This document shows positions 1-12,856 of a stretch of 64,000 bases of DNA, piece after piece. The notes under the pieces were generated by a model. That model did not search any database, was not told the DNA's origin, and saw nothing but the letters and a program-made list of their open reading frames with translations. How positions within the stretch are numbered: the first letter of the stretch is position 1; each line of letters starts with the position of its first letter. This DNA is from Octopus sinensis. Lineage: Eukaryota. The stretch spans positions 18,476,001 to 18,540,000 of the forward strand of contig NC_043022.1 in NCBI RefSeq assembly GCF_006345805.1. The letters are read 5' to 3'. The position numbers were made by a program, and so were the translations under genes.

Positions 1-212
1 ACACTCTCTTCTCTCTCTCTCTTTTTCCCCCTTCTTGGAATCTCCCACATGGCACCATGAGGAGCATGGAGGAGACACCGCTCTCAACATCAGTTTGTTT
101 TTTCATAGATCTTTTATGTTTTGCTTGTTTCAGTCATTGTACTGCAGCCATACTGGAGCACCGCTTAAAAGGTTTTAGCTGGAATAAATTAACCTCAGTC
201 TTTACTTCATAA

Positions 213-1213
213 GTAGACCTAGATACACTATGCCTGAATAAAAGACAGGATGGTCACCAATGGAATCTATTTGATCAGGACTGACCTGAGGCTAAACAAG
301 GAAAGACACATTAGATAATGTAGTCCTAGATACACTATGCCTGAATAAAATATGAGATGGTCACACATTTGATCATAGATCTGCTGGATCAGGGTTAACC
401 TGGGGTTAAGGAATGAAAGGTACATTAGATATTTCTTATTTCTTTATTGCCCAACAAGGGGCTAATCATAGAGGAGACAGACAAAGGGATTAAGTCAATT
501 ACATTGACCCCCAGTGGATAACTGGTACTTTATTTATCAACCCTGAAAGGATGAAAGGCAAAGTCAACCTCGGCGGAATTTGAACTCAGAACGTAACGGC
601 AGACAAAATACTGCTAAGCATTTCGTCCGGCGTACTAACGATTCTGCCAGCTCGCCGCCTTTAGATATTGTAGTCCTAGATGCACTATGTCTGGTAAAAG
701 AGGGGAAGGTCACAGCAGGAACACGTTTGATCATAGACCTGTGGGATCTAGGATGACCTGGTGCTAATAGGGAAAGCTACAGTAGAAGTAATCCCAGATA
801 TACTATCACAGTAAAAGATGGGATGGTCACAGATGGAATATATTTGATCATAGATCTGATGGATCAGGGCTGACCTGAGGCTAAACAAGGAAAGACACAT
901 TAGATAATGTAGTCCTAGATACACTATGTCTGAGTAAAAGATGGGATGGTCACAGCTGGAACGCATTTGATCTGTGGGATCTAGGATGACCTGGTGCTAA
1001 ATAGGGAAAGCTACAGTAGATGGTCACAGCTGGAACATCTTTCATCATAAGTCACCTGGATCTGGGTTGAGTTGGGGTTAAACAAGAAAGGCTACAGATA
1101 CACTATGTCTGCAGAAGAGAAGACATAATGGTCACAGCTGGAATCTCTTTGATCGTAGTTTTGTTTGATCAGGACTGACCCGGGGTTAAAACAATAACAA
1201 CAGCAACAACAAC
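213..1213 (+). repeat. Degenerate tandem array of ~110-120-bp units ending in a (CAA)n tail, probably an amplified retroposon 3' end
   Basis: Recurring gtcctagatacactatg...gatggtcacag...tttgatcatagatctg...gacctg(a/g)ggctaaac, about 7 units; the last unit runs into aacaataacaacagcaac. Confidence 0.8.
434..660 (-). mobile_element. SINE family A, full length, inserted in the tandem array
   Basis: Family A body and tRNA-like head (reverse complement ggcggcgagctggcagaatcg); TSD ttagatatt at 425-433 and 661-669. Confidence 0.9.
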
Positions 1214-2715
1214 ATGAGTGTAATGTTTTGGAAATTTGTTTGAAAAGAAGAGAGAAAATAATTTGGTTTTTTTTTTGGTTGGTTATTATGGCAGAAATTT
1301 GAATAAATTCCCAGCAGAAAACAACATTAAATAAATATGGTGTCTTGTAATGAGTGTGTGTGTGAGAGAGAGAGAGAGAAAAAGAGAGACAGACAGTGTA
1401 TGTAAGAGAAAAATATGAGAATGAATGTTTGTATGTGTGAGAAAGAGAGAGGGATTTCGTGTGTGTGTGAGAGAAAGAGCGTGCATATGTGAGACAAAGT
1501 CTGTGTGTATGTGTGAGAGAGTAATAGATAGACTGTGTTTGTGAGAGAGAGAGATAGATAGGGAGCCCGAGACAGATTGTGTATGTGTATGTGTGTGTAT
1601 GTGTGTGTGTGTGTAAGAGAGAGAGAGGAGAGAGAGAAAAGGAAGCCTATATGTATGAGTATTTGTATATGTATGGAAAAGTGTTTATGTGAGAGTTTGT
1701 GTGTTTATGAATGTACGAGAGAGTGTATGAATGCATGCATGCATGTATGTATGTATGTATGTATGTACGTATGTATGAGAGGGGTTATGTGTGTGAATGT
1801 ATGTTTGAGTGTGTGCGTGTGTGAATGTAGGTGTAAATGAATGAATGTGTGTGTGTGTGAAAGTGTATGTGTGTGTTATGTGAATTAAGGAATATGTATG
1901 AGTAGCCATGTCTTACTATACACCAAGTTGAGTGTGTATGAAATTGCGAAGATGATCCGGTTCTTGACTGAAGATTGAAGGCTTCGAATGTCCCGTCCGT
2001 GTTTTTTGTATCGTCTTCTAAGTGTTTCACGTTCTTGTCCCAGTTTGTATTTTTTTACATTTACATATATATATATATGTGTGTGTGTGTGTAAGTTATT
2101 GTGTGTGTGCATCTGAGTAAGTGTTTGCGTGTGTGTGTGTGTGTGTGTGTGTAAGGAATCTGTCCGAAAGTGTTACATCTGTAAAAGAATGTACATACAT
2201 GTTAGACATGTAGGAAGATGTAAAAACACTTCCTGTGAGAATATATATGCACAGTGTAGTAGTATATACACTGTATATTGTTAAGTATAACTATTGAGGA
2301 GTGTATATAGTTTAGTACAACTAGTGTAGTGTTGTTACAGTATCGTGTTAAGAAAACTCTAGGGTTAACTGAACCGAAGGTCCCCAGAGAAGAAACTCCA
2401 CTCATGCAAGTTGCTTCAGCCTTTAACTAGTAAAAACTAGCACGAGGGTTTTTTTTTTATAAAAATATTATTTATGTGTGTGTCTGAATATGTGGATATT
2501 TTCCTTTTGAACGGCAGATGTCAACACAATTTCTACATAACTAAACATTTTTAAACTTCGTATACTGGTAGAATGTGTTTATAAACATCATTTTCTCTTG
2601 GTTTTATTGAGAAAATTCTATAGTTTGTAAGATATTTTGTCTGAAAATCCGAGCATTTCGGCAATTTTAACCAATCGATTACCTCCATTCAACTAAAATC
2701 ATTTCTGCGTCTAAA

Positions 2716-2757
<42 letters not shown>

Positions 2758-2772
2758 ATATTATATATATAT

Positions 2773-2907
2773 ATACAAAATTTAGAGGGCTGACGCTAAA
2801 AGTGGACAGCTTGTATGCTAGATATAGACGTCAAAATGGTGATTTTGACGTCTATATCTAGAATACAGGCTGTCCACTATTAGTGGTCAGTCCTCTAAAT
2901 TTTGTAT
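2773..2907. repeat. Long imperfect inverted repeat (fold-back, MITE-like)
   Basis: Outer arms atacaaaatttagagg / cctctaaattttgtat; perfect inner 20-bp arms ctagatatagacgtcaaaat / attttgacgtctatatctag around a 4-nt loop. Confidence 0.9.
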
Positions 2908-3004
2908 GTAAAAAAATTTTGAATCTTCGGATTTTTTAAAAATATGCTAGGCCACTGGTTTTAATTGATTAATATCAATTTCTACCCTTATATATATATA
3001 TATA

Positions 3005-3151
3005 TATTTCTTTATTACCCACAAGGGGCTAAACACAGAGAGGACAAACAAGGACAGACAAACGGATTAAGTCGATTATATCGACCTCAGTGCGTAACTG
3101 GTACTTAATTTATCGACCTCGAAAGGATGAAAGGCAAAGTCGACCTCGGCG
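3005..3151 (-). mobile_element. SINE family A, 5'-truncated, within (TA)n
   Basis: tttctttattacccacaaggggctaaac...ggcaaagtcgacctcggcg, flanked by TA repeats. Confidence 0.85.
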
Positions 3152-4114
3152 ATATATATATATATATATATATAGTCTATTGACTAATTTTTTCTATACG
3201 CTAGGCCACTGGTTGTAAACATTTCTAAAATCTTTATTTCCCTGCTACTATTAATTATATATGTGTGTGTGTATTTAAATGGTTAAAATCCTTAGAAGAA
3301 TTTTAGGAAGCCATTAAAATAAAATGAATGTTAAAATTACGATAACTAATGGAGCATAATTATGGAACCGTGCCCACATCCACGGAGTTAGTTTCTCCAC
3401 AATTTTTCGATGAAATTCACCAGATATATATTTTAAATGGTATGTATTACAATTATATAGAGAAAAAAATATAAAAAGCTAAATTTTTTCGAAGGCTCAT
3501 TTTCTCCGACACTACCACGGAACATTCTTTTTTTAACGAATGCTTATACTTTTTAATAAAAATTTCCAGAGATACGTTTTCGAGAGTATAGATTATGATT
3601 ATGTTAATAAAATTGGCAAACAATTTATAATTTTATTTTTGAAGAAGTTTCGGGTAATTCCGTCCTTCTTTTATCCGTGCGGAAAGGAAGAAGCCACCTT
3701 GAAAATTTTATCGTCTGCACGCCGTCTTATGTCTCTCTCTAACATTTTTTCCTCTGTAAGAAATATTCCTAAAATGGTGAGTACCTATTATTTTAATTAT
3801 TGGTTACATATTTCATTCATTATTTTGTTGGCAAATTGTTTCTTTGTCAAGAAAAATGTATAATTATATACGTATTTACAACGTGAGCAGAAGTTAGCAG
3901 GTGGCTGAACCGAAAGTCGGTCACCACCTTCCAATAAATGATTAAATGTAACACATTTCTATCTTTTAATTTCCAATTTTTATCGACACAGTTGTTATCT
4001 ATAACCTTCGAAATGTATCTCTCAAAGAATTCCATTAAAGAATATTCATTTTTCAGAAATATGAGGCGAAACAAAAGTCGGTGCGTGCCACGCTTCTGTA
4101 GTTATACGACATAT

Positions 4115-4263
4115 TGTGTGGTAAGTAGCTTGCTAACCAACCACATGGTTCCGGGTTCAGTCCCACTGCGTGGCATCTTGGGCAAGTGTCTTCTGCTATA
4201 GCCCCGGGCCGACCAATGCCTTGTGAGTGGATTTGGTAGACGGAAACTGAAAGAAGCCTGTCG

Positions 4264-4327
<64 letters not shown>

Positions 4328-4522
4328 TTGTCCCCCTAGCATTGCTTGACAACCGATGCTGGTGTGTTTACGTCCCCGTCACTTAGCGGTTCGGCAAAGG
4401 AGACCGATAGAATAAGTACTGGGCTTGCGGAGAATAAGTCCCGGGGTCGATTTGCTCGACTAAAGGCGGTGCTCCAGCATGGCCGCAGTCAAATGGCTGA
4501 AACAAGTAAAAGAGTAAAAGAG
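4115..4522 (+). mobile_element. SINE family B (tRNA head, CORE-like segment, internal (TA)n/(TG)n)
   Basis: gtgtggtaagtagcttgc...gggttcagtccc (B-box-like); cttgggcaagtgtctt resembles the CORE-SINE core; 3' end gaaacaagtaaaagagtaaaagag. Confidence 0.9.
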
Positions 4523-5381
4523 TATATATATATATATATATTACTTAATATAATTAGGGTTCAGCAAAAAAATTTGCTTTGCCACATACTGAACTTTTAG
4601 AAATAGCAGCCAAAGAGTATACATTGTCTGGAAGATTCTTCTTATAGTAGAAGAAATAGCTGAATGGTCCTTTTGACATACTGAACACAACTTGGTAAAA
4701 TTATGAATTACTAATTAATTAATTTTACCCTTTGTTATTATTGATACTGTGATTTTATTTTTTATCTTATATTTAACTTTTTATCTTATATTAAACTTTT
4801 TTAATACTTTTTGATAGCTATATATATTTAATAAAAAAAAATAATAATAAATCATAAATAAATAATAAATAAAAAATAAAAATTTATAAATATAAATTAA
4901 TAATTTTAATTTTAAATTTAAATAATTTTAATTTTTAAATTTTATATTTACATATTTTGTATATTATATTATTTTTATTTTTATGTTTTTGTTTATGTTT
5001 TTCACTGTTTGATTTGCCTAATAGTGGTTTTATCTCTAATTTATATATATATATATTATACACAACAAATTTATTTATAATTTTAATCTACATCATCTGT
5101 AATCTATCTTTTGTACAAAATTTCATTAAAAAAAATTATCCATTTTCCAGAAAGTTCTTAGGAAACAAACATGGTAATATATATGTACAAGGGGTGTTGG
5201 GGCACATTGAGAAATATTTACTACGTTATTGACTTTGAGGAAAAAATGTTTTTTTACAAAAACTATATCAGCTAAGCAAGTGGCCTTTTCTAAATGTATT
5301 AAAAACATTATAATTTACACAGACTTCTATTTCAGAAAATTGTCTCCGTTCTCTTAGAGCATACAAAGAGTAAATTTAGGC

Positions 5382-6077
5382 GGGGCAAAATGAGTAAGAC
5401 AAGATAAGGTAAATTTGCCTTTTTAATTTTTCGAAATTACATTTGGGAAAAGACTATTACACCTAAATAACCATCCTTAAGCATCAGGAATATCAAAAAT
5501 GCACCAAAATTTTAAAATATCTATTCCAAATGAAAGAGGATCATGGAAAAATGGCACAGGGTATGAAATTAGCGAAGCTCGACCAAATAAAAAAAAATTA
5601 ACGTAAAATATTGTTTGTAGCTTAGTCATAATCTGCTGGGAAGGCTCTCTTCTTGATATATTTATGCACCATGCAATTAAGGGAATAAATTATTGAAATT
5701 AATTATTATTCGTTTTACCTCATTTTCGACACTTTTTTTTGGGGGGGGGGTGGATTTAAGATTATCAAATTAGTTTTTAGTATTGGAAAAGAATTGACCT
5801 GGAATCCAGCAGAGAAAAGAATCTTGTTCGTTAAACACCAAAAATTATCCAGATATTTTATTAGCAACTAAGTTACAATCGAGTCAAATTACTGGAAAAG
5901 TTTCTTGAAAGCAAAAGTGACTGTGTTCCGAACTCTCTCAAGTTCAAAACAGCAACAACTATCCTGACCAATTTTTACTCTCAAAGATGATGCAATACTC
6001 GCAATGTAAGGATTTCAAACAAATAGGGAGAAAATAACAAAAAAATAATAATAATAATAAATTACTCATTTTGCCCC
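5382..6077. mobile_element. Non-autonomous DNA transposon remnant, possibly pogo-like
   Basis: Perfect 16-bp inverted repeat ggggcaaaatgagtaa (5382-5397) / ttactcattttgcccc (6062-6077); no ORF inside. Confidence 0.55.
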
Positions 6078-6468
6078 ATTTATCCATTTCCTCCCCTTCT
6101 TTATTCAATACTTAAAATTCAACAAATTGCTGTAGTTATACAATATATTATTTATTTGAAAACTTAAAAAGTGTTGAGAAGGTGATAGGAGAAAATTAAG
6201 CCAAAAAAAATTCAGTCTGTTGGGTGGGTGGCTGGTTATACGTCAATGTCTTGAAATGATTCCACCGAACCGAAAAACGAATACGGAGTCAGGAAGTTTC
6301 AAATAAATTATCTTAAAAAAAAAATAGTGAACCTATATAAATAAAGCATAGAACGTGTAAGTAATGACAGAAAATAAACAGAAAAATAAATTAAAAATTT
6401 TATGAATAAACGACATTTCTTTTATGCTTACGTATATATGCTTATGTAAATATATGTCTATTGGAGTT

Positions 6469-6535
6469 TAGCCCCGGGCCGACCAATGCCTTGTGAGTGG
6501 ATTTGGTAGACGGAAACTGAAAGAAGCCTGTCGTA

Positions 6536-6585
<50 letters not shown>

Positions 6586-6811
6586 TGTGTGTGTGTATAT
6601 GTTTGTGTGTCTGTGTTTGTCCCCCTAGCATTGCTTGACAACCGATGCTGGTGTGTTTACGTCCCCGTCACTTAGCGGTTCGGCAAAAGGGACCGATACA
6701 ATAAGTACTGGGCTTACAAAGAATAAGTCCCGGGGTCGATTTGCTCGACTAAAGGCGGTGCTCCAGCATGGCCGCAGTCAAATGACTGAAACAAGTAAAA
6801 GAGTAAAAGAG
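6469..6811 (+). mobile_element. SINE family B, 5'-truncated
   Basis: Near-identical to 4199-4522. Confidence 0.9.
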
Positions 6812-7833
6812 TATATATATATATATAGATAATTCTTTACCTTTATATTTGTGTGTATATATGTATTTGTGTGTGTATATATATATATACGTATATATAT
6901 AGAGAGAGATAGATAGATAGATAATTCTTTACCTTTATATTTGTGTATATATATGTATTTGTGTCTATATATATACGTATATATACTTATATATATATGT
7001 CTATTGGAGTATCTCAACCGATCAACATAACCTAAACTTCGTTTGCCACACTCAATTTCTTCATATTGCAATTTTGTTTTATGATATATGTTTTGTAATT
7101 TGTATTGAAGGTAAGTTGAAACATTTATTGACAATGTTAATTAATGAATTAATTCATATCCATTAAATCTCTCCATTTTCTTATTTTTATAATATTTGAT
7201 ATTGTTATATATATATATATTTAAGAAATATCTCTTCAAAATATAACATATTTAACCAGTGTAACTTGGATAAAACTATATCCCTATAAGAGGTTCATCC
7301 GCTGTGATGAATCTATAAACAAACATACAAAATATCTAATAGGTATATTTTTTTCCCCTCTGAAGAGATTATGCTCAGAAATGTGAACTTATATTTAATT
7401 AATTTCACTGTGTGTAATTAAAGTAGCTGTGGGGGATAATGATCGATTTGTTGCTGATAATAAACTCTTATTAACTTCAAAATCTCCATTTTTCTTTCTC
7501 TTCCTTGAAGCAATTAACTCCGAATGGGAAGATCTGCAAACAGATCTCTGACTTATTTTGGAGAATTGTTGCAGTTTCTTCCCGTAGAGTCATATCTCAA
7601 TGATGATCATATTTATCGAAAAAAAAAATAATAATAACAATCACGTAAAAGAAATCTCCGAAAACAATCGCATTAATGAAAACTTGGGAATCCAAAATTC
7701 GGCCCGGAATGTTTTTAATTTACTCAGAATTGGCCTGATTCCTAAATGGTATGATATGTTGGGCTACGGCCGCTAGAAGTAAAGCTGAAAACGTGTGACA
7801 CACTGACATTCGCATTTATTATATATATATATA

Positions 7834-8125
7834 TGGAGGCGCAATGGCCCATTCGTCGTAGGATCGCGGTTTCGATTCCCAGACCAGGCGTTGTGAGTGT
7901 TTATTGAGCGAAAACACCTAAAAAGCTCCACGAGCCTCCGGCATGGGGTGGTGGCGATCCCTGCTGTACTCTTTCGCCACAACTTTCTCTCACTCTTTCT
8001 TCTGTTGGCCTGCTCGCTTAGCCAGCGGGGTGGCGTCATTTGAAGGCTAAAACAATGCGAAGCGCATTGTGACCAGCGATGTGTAACAACATCTGATGGC
8101 TTGGCCGATCACGGTGATCACGGTG
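7834..8125 (+). mobile_element. SINE family C variant with a different 3' half
   Basis: Head ggaggcgcaatggccc...ggtttcgattcccagacc shared with 22501; diverges after actttctctcactc and ends gatcacggtgatcacggtga. Confidence 0.8.
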
Positions 8126-8665
8126 ACACACACGCATACATAATGAAATCTTCTTTTGGTTTGAATGTGTGGGTGTTAAACAGCATCTTTTTTTCCTTTT
8201 GTCTTAGTTTATTTCTGATGTCTGAGGTTTTAGCCAACGATCTACAGACAGATTTGACAAAAGAATGAATTATTATGCAAAACGGCTGGCATGTTAGTTC
8301 AGGACTTTGTTTTTGCTCTAAGTTCTTTAAGACGATCCAGATTAGGGCCTTCTCAGCAACATTTGAGGCGCCTATCGGGACAAATCAATCCAGTGGGGCC
8401 CTATAAGTGTATGTTCAAGTCGTAGCATACATAGATCATAATTGGGTCGTGCACTTGTGAGGCCTATGGATAAACTTGCCCAGTGAACCCATGACCTCAG
8501 ACGGCACTGATCCAGACTGCTTAAGTCATATTTCCATATGGTATATATAGCAAGTTAACCCACATTCATTACGATTGATTCAGTGCAGTTTTTTTTCTTT
8601 TTTCTGAGGGAGTTTTTTTTTTATCGTATGCAGGTTAGCTTTGAGCGTGTTCCTGTACCTTACTC

Positions 8666-8736
<71 letters not shown>

Positions 8737-9173
8737 TTCCTTGTGTGTGTGTGCATGACGGAGTTGTCATCGTGTGACGAATGATTTGAACTATAACCAC
8801 GAAATTTAAACAATTTCCATAATGGTAGAGTAACTACATACATTTAAAACACACACATATACACACACTTTCTCTCTCTCTCTCTCTCATCTATCCGTCA
8901 CTTACTGCGGTTATACACACACACACATATACACTAATTGCGGTTATAATGTATAGTTTTGTTTTGCGTATTAATAGTTGCATATTTATTTATATGATAA
9001 ATAAATGGCTCGGAAATGGTATCACGCCTCGCTGACCCGGAAATGAGTCAGTGACCTGGTCAGTCATCCAAGCCGAACGTAAGTTTTACTTCTTTTCTAT
9101 ATTTTACCAAAGACGGGGAAGAGAAAACTTTTAAACATTTCAACATGTAAAACGGAAAACAGCAATGGAAACA

Positions 9174-9546
9174 GTTAGTTAGTTAGTTAGTTAGTTAGTT
9201 AATTAGTTAATTTTTTGGCTCAAAAAGCAAAAAAGCAAGGCCATGTAGGGGGACATGGAGTTATGTACAGGGAGGGTGTTCATGTAAAGAGTTCAGGCCA
9301 CTTGTGGTCAAGGAAGACTTTAAATCGAGCGGTCGTCGGCGTCTTCACTATCTCGTCCGGCAGCTTATTCCACGGATCCGCAACCCGGACGGAGAAAGCC
9401 CCCTCTCCTTCGATTGAGATGAAATCGTCGCAGATAGAGCTTTTCGGAGTGACCCCGCAGCCGACGCTCTGGAGCAGGAGTGAAGAACAGCTCTTTCGAG
9501 AGGTTACACTTTCCGCTTATGATGTTGTGAGCAAAGAATGAGATCT
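9174..9546 (-). mobile_element. CR1/L2-group LINE 3' end
   Basis: Minus-strand translation LRGHSEKLYLRRFHLNRR...KLPDEIVKTPTTARFKVFLDHKW* matches the CR1 ORF2 C-terminal pattern; (AACT)n tail. Confidence 0.8.
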
Positions 9547-9579
9547 CCACGGCGTCGTGGTGAAACGAACCAACGTCGT

Positions 9580-10010
9580 TAGTTCCTATTTTATATGCAG
9601 TCACACACATAGACGTTTTACAAACAACCTGCACGTGCAAGTGCTACCAGTCGAGAACTCCGCATACCGAAAGCCAGCAAGTGTATAGGGTCTGAAGAGA
9701 GAATGCGCGCCGTTTCGGGGCCCACCTCTCGACGGCATCAATGTGCACCGCCCTTCCTCACTGATATGAGGCTCCCGCTTGCTAAATCAGCTGGTTTTTA
9801 AAATAAGCTCAATACCCTTCTAGCCATCGCTCATCGTCTCTTTTTACCCAAATCCAGTGGCTAGCCTTCTCCACTGTAGATTGGATATCAGTCATGGTGG
9901 TATTGACTTTACGATGAGTTAGGCCTAACGATAACAACACTCGTCTCACACTGTGTCCAACAAACCCTCTACACCCGACTTCGATTGGAAAATGCTCCGC
10001 TTTCCAATCG
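9580..10010 (-). mobile_element. RLE-type non-LTR retrotransposon 3' end (HERO-like)
   Basis: Own translation, not in the ORF track: DWKAEHFPIEVGCRGFVGHSVRRVLLSLGLTHRKVNTTMTDIQSTVEKASHWIWVKRDDERWLEGY*, stop near 9810, followed by a putative 3' UTR. Confidence 0.75.
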
Positions 10011-10289
10011 TTACCAGAGCGGTTACTAGAATATAGACCTTTTAAAATATGACTGGCGTTCCAATAGTCCTCTTTAAGTTGGAATGGATAATACTGGTTG
10101 TAGTTTTATTACAAATTTTATTTCCACACACACACACACACTCACACACAAGTAAAACGAAAATTCTAAACGGAAATAGCGAAATGAAGTAACGTACTTA
10201 GTTTATATTTATATGCAACAGTGTACTTGTTTGTTTGCACGCAAGGATATATACATACAAGCATTGTTTCGAAAATATATATAGCTTTT

Positions 10290-10993
10290 GAAATGTTGGT
10301 TTCAAATATTGACACAAGGCGAGCAATTTCGAGGAGTAAGTCCAATACATCGACCACAGTGCCCAACTGGCAACTTATTTTATCGACCCTAGAAGGATAA
10401 AAGACAAAGTCGACCTCGGCGGAATTTGAACTCAGAACGTAGCGGCAGACGAAATACCTATTTCTTTACTACCCACAAAGGACTAAACACAGAGGGGACA
10501 AACAAGGACAAACGGATTAAGTCGATTATATCGACCCCAGTGCGTAACTGGTACTTATTTAATTGACCCCAAAAGGATGAAAGGCAAAGTCGACCTCGGT
10601 GGAATTTGAACTCAGAACGTAGCGGCAGACGAAATACGTATTTCTTTACTACCCACAAGGGGCTAAACACAGAGAGGACAAACAAGGAAAGACAAACGGA
10701 TTAAGTCGATTATATCGACCCTAGTGCGTAACTGGTACTTATTTAATCGACCCCGAAAGGATGAAAGGCAAAGTCGACCTCGGCGGAATTTGATCGCAGA
10801 ACGTAGCGGCAGACGAAATACCTATTTCTTTACTACCCACAAGGGACTAAACACAGAGGGGACAAACAAGGACAGACAAACGGATTAAGTCGATTATATC
10901 GACCCCAATGCGTAACTGGTACTTATTTAATCGACCCCGAAAGGATGAAAGGCAAAGTCGACCTCGGCGGAATTTGAACTCAGAACGTAACGA
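10290..10993 (-). mobile_element. SINE A chain: three young bodies plus a terminal older variant (A2)
   Basis: Units begin near 10459, 10639 and 10823 with junction gaaatac(c/g)tatttcttt; 10290-10458 has the alternative A2 tail. Confidence 0.9.
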
Positions 10994-11019
10994 CATATAT
11001 ATATATATATATATTTTCG

Positions 11020-11480
11020 TTGTTAAAAAATGTCCGTTTCCTTGTTTGATTTTATGTTTTCGTTTCTCGTTGTGTTCTACGTTTATTTGTGGTGTCCTGT
11101 ACTCATATATGCACGTATATATACATATAGATGTAGGTATGTACATATATGTATGTATGCATATGTTTTACTTATTAAATTGTTATACAAACTTCCCCAA
11201 CTCCAGTGATGACTTTTGCCGGCTCCAATTAACTCCGAGCAAATCCCCTGGTCCTTTTTTCATTTCACCACATTTTTACAGCAGACGCCGACCCATCGTG
11301 CTAATTCATCTCCTGATGCGGAGAGCAATCGCCATATTCCCATTCATTGTCGGCTGCTTCTGATGAGCGTATTTATATAATTGTTTTATTGCCTAACACT
11401 CAATTGTATTTTTTGCGTGAAAACAATTGATAAGACCAGCTGTGATGAATACGTAATACTATATAATTCGGATAATATAT
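11020..11480 (+). mobile_element. Probable Penelope-like terminal-repeat remnant with a degenerate hammerhead motif
   Basis: ctgatgagcgta...tgcgtgaaaacaattgata at 11360-11432 with possible stem I pairing; family assignment is inferred from the motif. Confidence 0.4.
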
Positions 11481-11769
11481 ACACTCACACTGCTGCAAGA
11501 AGATAATTGTTTTTTGTCTTTGTTTCGTTTTTTTTATAATCTTATTCGTGTTTCAATAAACCTGTTAGGGAAGGAAAGAAACTTTTTCGGCTTGAGACAC
11601 TCGTTGCGAAATTTTCTATACAATCGGGATTACCCAAAATATTTCCATGAAAAGGAATTCTTTTGCTTTTCTTTCCAAATTGTATCAAGATAATCTGCAG
11701 CCTTGAAAAGCATATCCCTGGAAGATTTCACTGAAAAGTACTCAGTAAACAAAGTCCGATTGTGGTGTT

Positions 11770-11946
11770 GGTGGCGGTGTGATCCTCATTTTATATATGT
11801 CTTTACATTCTGAGTTCAAATTCTGCCTTGGTCGATTTTGCCTTTCATTCTATCCAGGTCAGTAAAACAAGGGTCAGTTGAGCACTGGTGTCAATGTATT
11901 GCCCCTGACTCGAAATTGCTGGCCTTGTACCACAAATTGAAACCAA
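11770..11946 (+). mobile_element. Diverged SINE A2 copy
   Basis: tctgagttcaaattctgcc...ggccttgtaccacaaattgaaacc. Confidence 0.7.
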
Positions 11947-12139
11947 TATTTTTCTCTCCATATAGTTGCTATCTACAACCTATAAAATATATTCCTGGCA
12001 AATTTCATTGAAAAATATACATCCAGAGACGGGAGGAATATATACGCCACAAAAATCGGGAATCTATATGTCTCAGGAAAGAGATTTATCTTTTTTTTTT
12101 AGAGTCTTTTAATATTTGGTGGTTGTCTTCATCATCATC

Positions 12140-12796
12140 ATTAACCTCTGGACATTGTCTCGAGTCCTAGGACTCACAGCGCCGGTTACCCGATTTCCAT
12201 GGCTCCTAAGTGGCCGAGATCACAATTCTCTTCTGGACGGAATGCCACACCGTCTCAGAGCTTTCCATTTACAGCTGAGTGAACTGGAGCAACTTGAAAT
12301 ACTCTCTTTACTCTTTTACTTGTTTCAGTCAGTTGACTGCGGCCATGCTGGAGCACCGCCTTTAATCGAACAAATCAACCCCAGGACTTATTCTTTGTAA
12401 GCCCAGTACTTATTCTATCGGTCTCTTTTGCCGAAACGCTAGGTGACGGGGACGTAAACACACCAGCATCGGTTGTCAAGCAATGCTAGGGGGACAAACA
12501 CAGACACACAAATACACACACATATACATATATATATATACATATATACGACAGGCTTCTTTCAGTTTCCGTCTACCAAATCCACTCACAAGGCATTGGT
12601 CGGCCCGGGGCTATAGCAGAAGACACATGCCCAAGATGCCACGCAGTGGGACTGAACCCGGAACCATGTGGTTGGTTAGCAAGCTACTTACCACACAGCC
12701 ACTCCAAATGAAGTGTTTTGCTCAAGAAGACACCACGCAACCCGGTCCGGGGAATTGAAACTACGATCTGGCGATCATGAGTGCAACACCATAACC
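12140..12796 (-). mobile_element. Diverged SINE D-type copy interrupted by a SINE B copy (~12301-12705, minus)
   Basis: cagctgagtgaactggagcaac...gaaat resumes as gaagtgttttgctcaaga after a near-complete family B copy. Confidence 0.8.
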
Positions 12797-12856
12797 TCTT
12801 TGGTATTCTTTAATAATTTTTCTGAGATAATGGATTGGTAATAAGATTGGAAGGTA

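Noticed and set aside
4346-4600. Recurrent peptide TTDAGVFTSP...LQHGRSQM as a gene family
   Set aside because: Chance open frame of SINE B; likewise RNWYL..RPRKDERQSRPRRNL from SINE A.
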